A stretch of DNA of 64,000 nucleotides from Pseudomonadota bacterium. GTDB taxonomy: Bacteria > Pseudomonadota > Gammaproteobacteria > Xanthomonadales > Rhodanobacteraceae. Shown here piece after piece: positions 55,686 through 64,000 of the stretch (the first letter of the stretch is position 1; each line of letters begins with the position of its first letter). Made by a program: the position numbers and the translations under genes. Below the pieces are notes generated by a model. It saw only the letters and a list, made by a program, of their open reading frames with translations. It was not told where the DNA came from and did not search any database. The stretch covers positions 2,969 through 66,968 of the forward strand of contig JAJYTG010000002.1 of NCBI GenBank assembly GCA_021793195.1. The letters run 5' to 3'.

Positions 55686-56318
55686 ATGAGCGAATCCCTG
55701 CGTGATCAGCTGCTGAAGAGCGGGTTGGTCCAGGTCCGGCGCGACGACAAGCCGCGCGACGACAAACCGCGCGACGGCCGATCGCGGGAAGGCCGATCGC
55801 GTGGCGCTCAGTCGCGTGAGGATCGGCTGCGCGAGGACCGGCCGCGCGAGCAGCGCCCCGTGCGGCAAGGCGAGCCGACAGCCGGTGCTGTCCGCCGCAA
55901 GACCGCGCCGCGCGTCGTGTCAGCCGAGATCGACCTGGCCAAGGCCTACGCCCTGCGCGCCCGGCAGGAGCGCGACGAACGCGTGCGTGCCGAACGTGAG
56001 GCTGCCGCCAAGGCGGCAGCGCGCAAGGCGCAGCGGCAGAGGCTGCTCGCGCTGCTCGATGGCCGCGCGCTCAATCGTGCGGACGCCGAGCACGCGCGGC
56101 ATTTCGAATACGGCGGCAAGATCCGCCGCGTCTACGTCAGCGCCGAGCAGCTGCGCGAGGTCAACGATGGCGCACTGGGCGTGATCCAGTGCGAGGGTCG
56201 CTACCTGCTGGTGCCGCGCGCGCTGGCCGAGGAGGTGCGCGCCTTTGCGCCCGCGGTGGTGGCGTTGCTGGCCGAGCCGGGCAGCGCCGCGGACGATCTG
56301 CCGCACGGCACCGGCTAG
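55686..56318 (+). CDS. DUF2058 (YaiL-like) protein
   Basis: SLRDQLLKSGL, DLAKAYALRA, F.YGGKIRRVYV. Confidence 0.82.
   Translation: MSESLRDQLLKSGLVQVRRDDKPRDDKPRDGRSREGRSRGAQSREDRLREDRPREQRPVRQGEPTAGAVRRKTAPRVVSAEIDLAKAYALRARQERDERVRAEREAAAKAAARKAQRQRLLALLDGRALNRADAEHARHFEYGGKIRRVYVSAEQLREVNDGALGVIQCEGRYLLVPRALAEEVRAFAPAVVALLAEPGSAADDLPHGTG
55740..55859 (+). repeat. Intragenic 15-nt degenerate tandem repeat, 8 units
   Basis: Encodes RDDKP RDDKP RDGRS REGRS RGAQS REDRL REDRP REQRP. Confidence 0.75.
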
Positions 56319-56332
56319 CTGCCGCGGCTCGG

Positions 56333-58396
56333 TCAGCCGGCGCTGCCGCCCGCGCGCAGCGCGGGGTTGTCCCAGCCGCGCCTGGGTGCGAAGCGCGGAC
56401 CGTGGCGCGTGGCCAGCTGCTCCAGCCGCGATCGCAGCGTGTCCGCGCCGACGTTGCGGATGTGGGCGATCGGGCCGCCGCGGAACGGCGCGAAGCCGGT
56501 GCCGAAGATCACGCCGGCATCGAGCAGGTCGGCATCCGCCACCACGCCATCGGCCAGGCAGGCGACCGCCTCGTTGAGCAGCGGCAGGATCATGCGGTCC
56601 TCGAGGTCGTCGGGCGCCGCGTACTTGGGATCTGCCGCCGGCTTGACCGGTTTGCCCTCGCGCCAGACGTAGAACCCCTGACCGTCTTTCTTGCCGCGCT
56701 TGCCGGCCGCCAGCAATGGCTCCAGCCCGGCGGGAATATCGAGGCCCAGGAACGGCCCCAGTTCCTTGCCGACCGAGGCCGCGACGTCGAGGCCGACGGT
56801 GTCGGCCAGCTCGATCGGCCCCATCGGCATGCCGAATGCGCGTGCGACCTTGTCCAGCAGCGGCCCCGGCACGCCCTCGGCGTAGCAGCGCATGGCCTCG
56901 AGCAGATAGGGCATCAGGATGCGGTTGACCAGAAAGCCCGGCGTGCCGGCAACCGGTACCGGCAGCTTGTCGATGGCGCGCACGAAAGCCAGCGCGCGCT
57001 TTTCGGCCTGCGCATCGAGCCGATCGTGGCGCACCAGCTCGACCAGCGGCATCTGCGCGACCGGGTTGAAGAAGTGCAGACCAATAAAACGCTCAGGCGC
57101 GACAAGCCTGGCACGCAACTCATCCAGCGGAATGCTGGAAGTGTTGGTCGCCAGCAGACCGCCCGCACGCAGCTTCGGCTCGATCTGCGCGTACAGCGCT
57201 TCCTTGGCTTCGGGGTTCTCGAAGATCGCCTCGATGGCCAGTTCGGCATCGGCGGCGCCGCGGCCTTCGACGTCCGCGCTCAGTCGCGCCGTGGCCGCGG
57301 CGACGCGCTCGGGTGTCTTCAGCCGCTTCTCGAACAGGACCCGTGCCCGCGCCAAGGCCGGCTCGATGAACTTCAGCTCGCGATCCTGCAGGGTCACGTC
57401 GAAGCCGCGACAGGCACACCAGGCCGCGATGTCGCCGCCCATCACGCCGGCGCCGACGACGTGCACATGACGGATGCCATGCTCGACTCCGGCACCCAGG
57501 CCCTTCAGGCGCTCCTGCAGGAAGAACACCCGGATCAGGTTGTGTGCGGTCGCTGTCCCGGCCAGCCGCGCCACCGAGCGCGCCTCTAGCTTCAGACGTT
57601 GGCGGATATCGGTGCTGCCGCGGCGCCAGACCTCGATGATCGCGAACGGCGCCGGGTAATGCGCCGCACGCACCTTGGCTGCGGTCTGCCTGCGCACCAG
57701 TGGTGCGAGCAGTTGCCGTGCGATCCAGGTATTGCTGGCCCATGCCCGCAGCCGCTGCGCCAGCGGACGCGCCGGCGGCTGCCGCAGCATCGCCAGTGCG
57801 GCATCGAGCAGATCCTCGACGGGCACCACCCGCTCGACCAGGCCCAGTTCGCGCGCGGCGGTCGCCGAAATCGCCTTTCCGGTGAGCATCAGCGGCAGCG
57901 CCTGCAGGGCGCCGATCAGGCGCGGCAGACGTGCGGTGCCACCCCAGCCGGGGTGGATGCCCAGCATCACCTCGGGCAGACCGATGCGGGTCCTGGCGTC
58001 ATCGCTGGCCACGCGATGGCGGCAGGCCAGCGCCAGCTCGGTGCCGCCGCCCATGCAGTGGCCGTGGATCGCGGCCACGGTGGGGCAGGGCAGCTCGGCC
58101 AGGTGCTGGAACACGCGCTGGCCGAACTGGATCGCCGCCAGCACACCGCCGTTGCGCTCGTAAGTGGCGAACTCGTGGATGTCGGCGCCGGCGATGAAGC
58201 CGGCCGGTTTGGCCGAGCGGATCAGCACGCCGGCCGGCGGCTCGATGGCGAGGCGCTCGACGATCGCGGCGAGCTCGTCCAGCACCGCGCGCGCCAGCGC
58301 ATTCACGCTGCTGTCCGCGCGATCGAGCGCGAGCACCACGATGCCGTCTTCGCGCCGCTGCGCCTGCCAGTGCCTGAACCGCAGACCTTCGAACAT
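56333..58396 (-). CDS. fadJ: Enoyl-CoA hydratase / 3-hydroxyacyl-CoA dehydrogenase (FadJ/FadB type)
   Basis: FIAGADI, MGGGTELALAC, LPEVMLG.HPGWGG, GAGVMG, TNTSSI, HFFNPV, PMGP..LAD.VGLD. Confidence 0.9.
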   Translation of the reverse strand: MFEGLRFRHWQAQRREDGIVVLALDRADSSVNALARAVLDELAAIVERLAIEPPAGVLIRSAKPAGFIAGADIHEFATYERNGGVLAAIQFGQRVFQHLAELPCPTVAAIHGHCMGGGTELALACRHRVASDDARTRIGLPEVMLGIHPGWGGTARLPRLIGALQALPLMLTGKAISATAARELGLVERVVPVEDLLDAALAMLRQPPARPLAQRLRAWASNTWIARQLLAPLVRRQTAAKVRAAHYPAPFAIIEVWRRGSTDIRQRLKLEARSVARLAGTATAHNLIRVFFLQERLKGLGAGVEHGIRHVHVVGAGVMGGDIAAWCACRGFDVTLQDRELKFIEPALARARVLFEKRLKTPERVAAATARLSADVEGRGAADAELAIEAIFENPEAKEALYAQIEPKLRAGGLLATNTSSIPLDELRARLVAPERFIGLHFFNPVAQMPLVELVRHDRLDAQAEKRALAFVRAIDKLPVPVAGTPGFLVNRILMPYLLEAMRCYAEGVPGPLLDKVARAFGMPMGPIELADTVGLDVAASVGKELGPFLGLDIPAGLEPLLAAGKRGKKDGQGFYVWREGKPVKPAADPKYAAPDDLEDRMILPLLNEAVACLADGVVADADLLDAGVIFGTGFAPFRGGPIAHIRNVGADTLRSRLEQLATRHGPRFAPRRGWDNPALRAGGSAG

Positions 58397-58479
58397 GATG
58401 CGATCGCCCCGCGTTTGCGTCAGAGTAATGATCACACGATAACCAGCGGCTGCGAGCAAGGCCGCGCGAGCGCCGGGGA

Positions 58480-58968
58480 ATGCCAGAACTGCAGGTCGAG
58501 GTCGTTGCCACCACTGCCGAGTTGCTGGCGCGTGTGCTTGCCGGCGAGCAGGCACTGACCCTGCTGGATACCGGTGACGCAGCAGCGCTGGCCGACGAGT
58601 TTCGCCGCCAGGCCCTGCTGGGCGGCCAGTCGCTGTATCTGTGGAATGCCGAAGAAGGCCTGTGCAGCCTGCGCGAGGCCGGTGTGCGGGTGCCGGCGAC
58701 GCACCGTCCGGGCGATGCCCTGCGCTATGTGCTGCAGAGCATGCATTTCGGCATCTATCTGATCCCGTTGCCGCTGCAGGACCTGCCCGCGGTGCTGCCG
58801 CTGCTGCATCAGATCCTGCGGCAGCGCGCGGGCTACGCCCGTCGCGTGGTGCTGCTGGCGCCCCTGGATGCACTGCCGCCCGCCCTGGCCGAACAGGCGC
58901 TGCGCCTGCGTCTGGCTGCGAGCGGGCAGGGCCGCCTGCGCCTGCGCGGCGGCCGCTGGGTACGCTGA
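58480..58968 (+). CDS. Hypothetical protein resembling the non-catalytic N-domain of Ycf46-like AAA+ proteins
   Basis: LYLWNAEEGL, P.DALRYV...FGIYL, VVLLAP...LP..L. Stop is 2 nt before the next ATG. Confidence 0.7.
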   Translation: MPELQVEVVATTAELLARVLAGEQALTLLDTGDAAALADEFRRQALLGGQSLYLWNAEEGLCSLREAGVRVPATHRPGDALRYVLQSMHFGIYLIPLPLQDLPAVLPLLHQILRQRAGYARRVVLLAPLDALPPALAEQALRLRLAASGQGRLRLRGGRWVR

Positions 58969-58970
58969 GC

Positions 58971-61535
58971 ATGCCTGGCCACGACGCTCCCGCTCTGCTG
59001 ATCGTGGCCGCTGACCGCGGCGAGCGGCGCGTTCTTTACGATGCCCTGGAACAGGCCGGCTTCGAGGCCCTGTATACCGCGCGTGATGTGGCGCAAGCGC
59101 GTGCCTTGCTGGCGCAGATTCCCGTGCTGGATCTGGTGCTGCTCGAATTCAACGGCGAGGCCGGAGAGGCCGTGTTGCTCTGTGCCCAACTCGCCCAGCG
59201 CCAGGGTCCGGCGGTGCTCGGGCTGCTGGCCGGCGAATCCGCGCAGCGGGTCTGGGGGTTTCACCGTGCCGTGCCGGGCGTCAGCGACTGGCTGGCGGCG
59301 CCGTTCGCGGCCGGCGAGGTCTGTGCACGCGTCAACACCGCGCTCGGACGGCGCCCCGCGGTTGCCGCGGTCAGCAGCGAGGCAGACGATGTCCTGCGGC
59401 TGTTTTTCGATACCAGCAGCGACGAGCTGCTGGTCAGCGACAGCGAAGGCGGCATTCTCGCCTTCAATGATGCGTTTGCGCGCGCCAACGGGTTGACCGG
59501 CGCGGCGTGGCGCGGGCGTCATCTGGATCCGATCGCACTGTGCGCAGACGCCGCGCGCCAGCGGGTGCTGCGACGCAAGCTGCAGATGGAGGGCGCGGTG
59601 CAGTTCCGCTGCGAGCGGCCGCGGCCGGACGGTCGCAGCGATCCCGTCGAGATCAGCCTGCGGCTGGCGCTGCGCGATGGCGTGCCGGTGCACTGCAGTC
59701 GCATCCGCGTCCTCGACGACCAGCGCCGTGCCCGCGATGCCCTGGCGCTGCTGGCACGCGTGAACGCGGCCGGCCGCGGCGATGCCGCGCTGGAGGCCGC
59801 GGCGCGCCTGCTGGCCGATACCCTCGACCTGGCCTTTCTGGCGGTCTATGCCAGCGTCGCCGATGACACCGTGTTGCCGCTGGTGATCGTGCAGCGCGTG
59901 CCGGCGCCGACCGATGCGCCCGACCCGGCCCAGCAGCCGACGCTGGCACTGGCGCTGGCCGGCGAGGAGGTGATGCATCTCGACGGCGCACGCCAGCTGG
60001 CCGCAGCCGACGGCTTTCTTGCCGCGATCGCGGCATCGGTCTGCGCCTGTCTGCCGCTGACGGATCCGCATGGCAACGTGCTCGGCGCGTTGCTGGCCTA
60101 TGCGCGTGCGCCGCGCGGCTCCGATCTGCTGCTGGCCGACACCCTGCGGGTGGCGGCGGGCCGCTTTGCCGCCGAGCTGGCCCTGCGCCGCGCCCGCGAG
60201 CAGGGCCGCGCGCGCGGTCTCGAGGACGCTCTCACCGGCCTGCCCAACCGGCTGCAGTTCAACGACCGGTTGCAGAACGTGCTGCTGGAGGCGGAACGCG
60301 GCGGCGAGAGCTTCGCCGTGCTGTTTGTCGATCTCGATCGTTTCAAGAGCATCAACGATGCGCTGGGCCACGCCACCGGCGACCAGGTGCTGCTGGCCGC
60401 GGGGCGGCGCCTGCGCGCCAGCGTGCGCGCCTACGACACCGTCGCCCGCTATGCCGGCGACGAGTTCACCGTGATCCTGCGCCAGATCGTGCAGCGCGAC
60501 GACGTGCATCGCATCGCCGACAAGATCGTGCGGCTGATGGAGGCGCCGCTGGCCCTGCCCGATGGCAGCGAGATCGCCGTCACCGCGTCGATCGGGCTCA
60601 GCGTCTATCCCGACGACGCCGCCAACGCCGAGCAGCTGCTGCAGCATGCAGACATGGCGATGTACAGCGCCAAGGGCCTCGGCCGCAATACCTGGCAGGC
60701 CTACGTGGCGATGCCGCAGGAAGCGCATCGCCAGCGCGTGGCGCTGGAGGGGCGGCTGCGCCAGGCCGAACGCAACGGCGAGCTGCGTCTGCACTATCAG
60801 CCGCAGGTGGACGCCGCCAGCGAGGACATCGTCGGCATGGAGGCGCTGATCCGCTGGGAGCATCCCGAGCTCGGCATGATCAGTCCGGCGTTCTTCATCC
60901 CGCTGGCCGAGGAGACCGGCCTGATCCTGCCGATCGGGGAGTGGGTCCTGCGCACCGCCTGCGCCGATGCGGTGCGCTGGCAGCGCCGCTTCGGCCTCGG
61001 CCTGCGCGTGGGCGTCAACCTTTCGGCACTGCAGCTGCGCCACCCCGGGCTGGTGGAAACGGTGCGCGCGGTGCTCGCCGAGAGCGGCATCGATCCCGGC
61101 CTGCTCGAGCTCGAGGTCACCGAGAGCGTCAGCCTGAAATCGGCGAGCGGCGTACCGGAGGCATTGCAGGCACTGCGCGCGCTGGGCTGCCGCATCGCCA
61201 TCGATGATTTTGGCACCGGCCAGGCGTCACTCGACTATCTGCGCCGGTTTCCCGCCGATCGCATCAAGATCGACCAGAGTTTCGTGCGCCACATCGGCAT
61301 CGATCCGGATGATGAGGCGATCGTGCGCGCGACGGTGTCGATGGCGCACAGCCTGGGTCGGGCGGTGGTCGCCGAGGGCGTGGAAACCGAGCAGCAGTTC
61401 GAGTTCCTGCGCCTGCTGGGTTGCGAGGAGCTGCAGGGTTATCTGTTCTGCCGGCCGCTGGCGCACGAGGCGTTCGAGCGCCTGCTGGCAACGCGCCTGC
61501 AGCTGCACCCGGAGTCTTCCGGGCCGGGGGTCTGA
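58971..61535 (+). CDS. Pseudo-REC - PAS - GAF - GGDEF - EAL c-di-GMP enzyme
   Basis: DLVLLE receiver-like domain, N.AF PAS, DLDRFKSIND, RAYD..AGDEF, YQPQ..MEAL, DDFGTG, AEGVET, QGYL. Confidence 0.9.
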   Translation: MPGHDAPALLIVAADRGERRVLYDALEQAGFEALYTARDVAQARALLAQIPVLDLVLLEFNGEAGEAVLLCAQLAQRQGPAVLGLLAGESAQRVWGFHRAVPGVSDWLAAPFAAGEVCARVNTALGRRPAVAAVSSEADDVLRLFFDTSSDELLVSDSEGGILAFNDAFARANGLTGAAWRGRHLDPIALCADAARQRVLRRKLQMEGAVQFRCERPRPDGRSDPVEISLRLALRDGVPVHCSRIRVLDDQRRARDALALLARVNAAGRGDAALEAAARLLADTLDLAFLAVYASVADDTVLPLVIVQRVPAPTDAPDPAQQPTLALALAGEEVMHLDGARQLAAADGFLAAIAASVCACLPLTDPHGNVLGALLAYARAPRGSDLLLADTLRVAAGRFAAELALRRAREQGRARGLEDALTGLPNRLQFNDRLQNVLLEAERGGESFAVLFVDLDRFKSINDALGHATGDQVLLAAGRRLRASVRAYDTVARYAGDEFTVILRQIVQRDDVHRIADKIVRLMEAPLALPDGSEIAVTASIGLSVYPDDAANAEQLLQHADMAMYSAKGLGRNTWQAYVAMPQEAHRQRVALEGRLRQAERNGELRLHYQPQVDAASEDIVGMEALIRWEHPELGMISPAFFIPLAEETGLILPIGEWVLRTACADAVRWQRRFGLGLRVGVNLSALQLRHPGLVETVRAVLAESGIDPGLLELEVTESVSLKSASGVPEALQALRALGCRIAIDDFGTGQASLDYLRRFPADRIKIDQSFVRHIGIDPDDEAIVRATVSMAHSLGRAVVAEGVETEQQFEFLRLLGCEELQGYLFCRPLAHEAFERLLATRLQLHPESSGPGV

Positions 61536-61739
61536 GCCCCGCGCCGCGATTCGCGCCGTCATCGCGGGGCGCCGCACGGGGTCGGTGTCGCGGGGCCTGC
61601 AGCGGCTCGCCGGCACGTCGCTTCGGCTACTCTAGGAGGATCCGCACCAAGGGGACGCGCGGCGATCCTGCGCCCGCCGGGTGCGCCCGGCGCAAGAACA
61701 CTGCTGGCGATCCGTCGCCGTCGAGGGAGATCAGCCCGG

Positions 61740-62321
61740 ATGGGCGAGCCAGAAACCGATCGTGCACTGGTCGAGCAGGTGCAGAAAGGCGATACCCGCG
61801 CCTTCGACCTGCTGGTGCGCAAGTATCAGCATCGGGTGATCGGCCTGATCTCCCGCTACATCCAGGACTGGAGCGAGTGCGAGGACGTCGCCCAGGAAGC
61901 GTTCATCCGCGCCTATCGGGCGATCGGCTCGTTTCGCGGCGACAGCCAGTTCTACACCTGGATGTACAAGATCGCCGTCAATACCGCCAAGAATCATCTG
62001 GTCTCGCTGGGCCGGCGTCCGCCGACCGAGGACGTCGCGATCGAGGACGCGCTCTACGCCGAGAGTGCCAACGGCCTGCGCGACGGCGATACCCCGGAGC
62101 ATGAACTGTTGCGGCAGGAGATTGAACAAACCGTGTTTTCCACGGTCCAAGCCTTGCCCGAGGATTTGCGCACCGCGATCACGCTGCGCGAGGTCGACGG
62201 GCTGAGTTACGAGGAGATTGCCGAAGCGATGAACTGTCCGATCGGCACCGTGCGTTCACGGATCTTCCGCGCCCGCGAGGCGATCGACACCAGCCTGCGG
62301 CCGCTGATCACGGACAGTTGA
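61740..62321 (+). CDS. rpoE: ECF sigma factor RpoE
   Basis: AFDLLVRKYQ, DVAQEAFI.AYRA, FYTWMYKIAVNTAKN, LSYEEIA..M.CPIGTVRSRIFRAR. Confidence 0.97.
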   Translation: MGEPETDRALVEQVQKGDTRAFDLLVRKYQHRVIGLISRYIQDWSECEDVAQEAFIRAYRAIGSFRGDSQFYTWMYKIAVNTAKNHLVSLGRRPPTEDVAIEDALYAESANGLRDGDTPEHELLRQEIEQTVFSTVQALPEDLRTAITLREVDGLSYEEIAEAMNCPIGTVRSRIFRAREAIDTSLRPLITDS

Positions 62322-62339
62322 GAGTTGAGGGTTGCAGCC

Positions 62340-62942
62340 ATGAGCGACACGACGATCCGCGAGCACCTTTCCGCACTGATGGATGGCGAACTGTCGCGCG
62401 AGCAGGCCGGCTTCCTGCTGCGTCGGCTCGGTCACGATCGCGAAGCCGTCGCCTGCTGGACGCGGCTGCACGTCGCCCGCGATTGCCTCAAGGGCGCCTC
62501 GCCGCGTCTGGCCGCTCCGGGTTTTGCCGCCCGCGTCAGCCGTGCGCTGATCGGCGACCCGTTGCCGGCGCGCGGCCGCTGGCTGCGCTGGTCGGCGGGC
62601 GGGGCCATTGCCGCGGCGGTAGCGGTGACCGCGCTGCTGATGGTGCAGCCGCTGCCGCGCTCCGAGCCCGACATGGCGGCGGTGCCCGCGCCGACACCCG
62701 CTCCGGCGTGGCTCAATGATCCCGCTGCCGTGCCGCAGCCTGCGACGGCATTCGCCCAGGCGCCGGTGGCCATCGACGACGTGCAGACCGCCGCCTACTC
62801 GCCGCAGCTCGACGCCTACACCCTGCGTCACTACCAGTCGGGTGACGCGGCGGCGGCCGGTGGTCTGGTGCCCTATGTGCTGCTGATGTCGCCGCCGCGG
62901 GACATGACCCCGGTGCGCGGAGGCGCCGCGGAGCAGCGCTGA
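62340..62942 (+). CDS. rseA: Anti-sigma factor RseA/MucA
   Basis: EHLSALMDGEL, W...H..RD.L, single TM helix AIAAAVAV, LDAY..RH. Confidence 0.9.
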   Translation: MSDTTIREHLSALMDGELSREQAGFLLRRLGHDREAVACWTRLHVARDCLKGASPRLAAPGFAARVSRALIGDPLPARGRWLRWSAGGAIAAAVAVTALLMVQPLPRSEPDMAAVPAPTPAPAWLNDPAAVPQPATAFAQAPVAIDDVQTAAYSPQLDAYTLRHYQSGDAAAAGGLVPYVLLMSPPRDMTPVRGGAAEQR

Positions 62943-63871
62943 TGCGTGCCCGGCGCGGCGCGCTGCTGCTGTTGCTGGGCTTGCCCGGACTGGCCGCCGC
63001 GGCGCAGCCGCCTGCAGCGACCGCCTGGCGGCGGATGCGTCTGGCGCTGGTGGATCTGGACTACAGCGGCACCCTGGTGCTGCGCCAGGGCAGCGATCTG
63101 CAGACGCTGGCGATCGAACACCGCGCCGGCAGCCCCGACCGCGATCTGCTGACCAGCCTCGACGGGCGCGCGCTGCAGATCACGCGCCGCGGCACCCGCG
63201 TGCAGTGGACTCTGGCTGGCGCGCCGCCGCTGCGGCTCGATCCCGGTCACTTGCATACCCTGCTGCCGCTGGTGCCCGACGTGCCGCTGGCCGCACTGCA
63301 TCCCAGCTACACGCTGACCCTGCGGCCGGGTGAACGCATTGCCACGCGGGCGACCGAGCAACTGCGGGTCCGGCCGCGCGACGGTTACCGCTACGGCTAC
63401 CGCTTGTGGCTCGATCGTGCGAACGGATTGCCGCTGCGCGTGCAACTGACGCTCGATGGCCGGCCGCTGCCGGAGGAGTTCCGTTTCGTCGCGCTGCGGG
63501 TGGGCGCGCAGGCCGATCTGACGGCCCTCGACGGCGCCGCGCCGGCGACCGCAGCGCCGCTCGCGGCGCGTCTGTCCGCGCAACCCGCGCAGTGGCGCGT
63601 GATCAATGCGCCACCGGGGTTCCATGTGCGCGTGTGCGTGGGCGACGGCACGTCCGGCAGCGAGCATCTGGTGCTCAGTGACGGCATCGCCAGCGTGTCG
63701 GTCTATGTCCAGCGCGGCCCGGTACAGCTGCCGCAGGGCGCCGGCGTGCGCGGAGCGCTGAGTTTCGTCAGTGAGACCCATGACGGCGAACGGGTCACCG
63801 TGCTCGGTGATGTGCCGGTGCCGACGGTGCAGCGGATCGCCGACTCGGTGGCGTTGGCGGCGGGCCATTGA
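62942..63871 (+). CDS. rseB: RseB/MucB periplasmic regulator
   Basis: LDYSGT, LTSLDG, PRDGYRYGYRLWLD, SDGIASVSVYV, VTVLGDVP..T..RIA. Confidence 0.9.
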   Translation: MRARRGALLLLLGLPGLAAAAQPPAATAWRRMRLALVDLDYSGTLVLRQGSDLQTLAIEHRAGSPDRDLLTSLDGRALQITRRGTRVQWTLAGAPPLRLDPGHLHTLLPLVPDVPLAALHPSYTLTLRPGERIATRATEQLRVRPRDGYRYGYRLWLDRANGLPLRVQLTLDGRPLPEEFRFVALRVGAQADLTALDGAAPATAAPLAARLSAQPAQWRVINAPPGFHVRVCVGDGTSGSEHLVLSDGIASVSVYVQRGPVQLPQGAGVRGALSFVSETHDGERVTVLGDVPVPTVQRIADSVALAAGH

Positions 63872-63952
63872 GCGCGCGGAGTCCGCTGCGCGCCGGCCTT
63901 GCCTGCCTTCCCGGCGGACGCCGCCGGCCTGAACGGATGCCCACCGGCACTT

Positions 63953-63980
63953 GAACTTCGCCGGCCACGCTGGCATCGAA
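63953..63980 (+). promoter_or_regulatory. Probable sigmaE promoter for the next gene (outside the window)
   Basis: GAACTT-17 nt-TCGAA downstream of rseB. Confidence 0.6.
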
Positions 63981-64000
63981 GGCCTCACTGGCGCCGCGCG

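Overview
GC-rich, mostly core chromosomal segment. Gene order and content (gltX-zur, ppsA/ppsR-DUF1249-tRNAs, fkpA-ugd-slyX-DUF2058, fadJ-GGDEF/EAL-rpoE-rseAB) suggest a Xanthomonadales, probably Rhodanobacteraceae-like, gammaproteobacterium; this is inference. I see no integrase, transposase, phage genes or CRISPR array. From left to right the window holds: pstSCAB, rnt, an OprD-like porin, nth and a GT4 + PAP2 pair, with three separate Pho-box arrays readable in the DNA; gltX, zur, a CDF zinc exporter, a 165-bp MITE-like element and ribosomal protein Thx; a split hut pathway with a ClC H+/Cl- antiporter coupled to hutI; a 7TM-DISM diguanylate cyclase and a CHAD protein; PBP4 coupled to a secreted PLD3/4-like HKD enzyme; a REP-rich accessory stretch (27-34 kb) around a YkgJ + GIY-YIG gene pair; an RND pump, large NAD-GDH, rhlE, ppsA/ppsR, tRNA-Ala/Glu/Asp and the rpoE operon. 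Best candidates for undescribed biology are the PBP4 + PLD3-like operon, the ClC-hut module, the Pho-boxed OprD-like porin, the REP mosaic around the GIY-YIG nuclease, and a 38-aa Lys-rich small protein. All family assignments were made by eye from motifs, not by database search.
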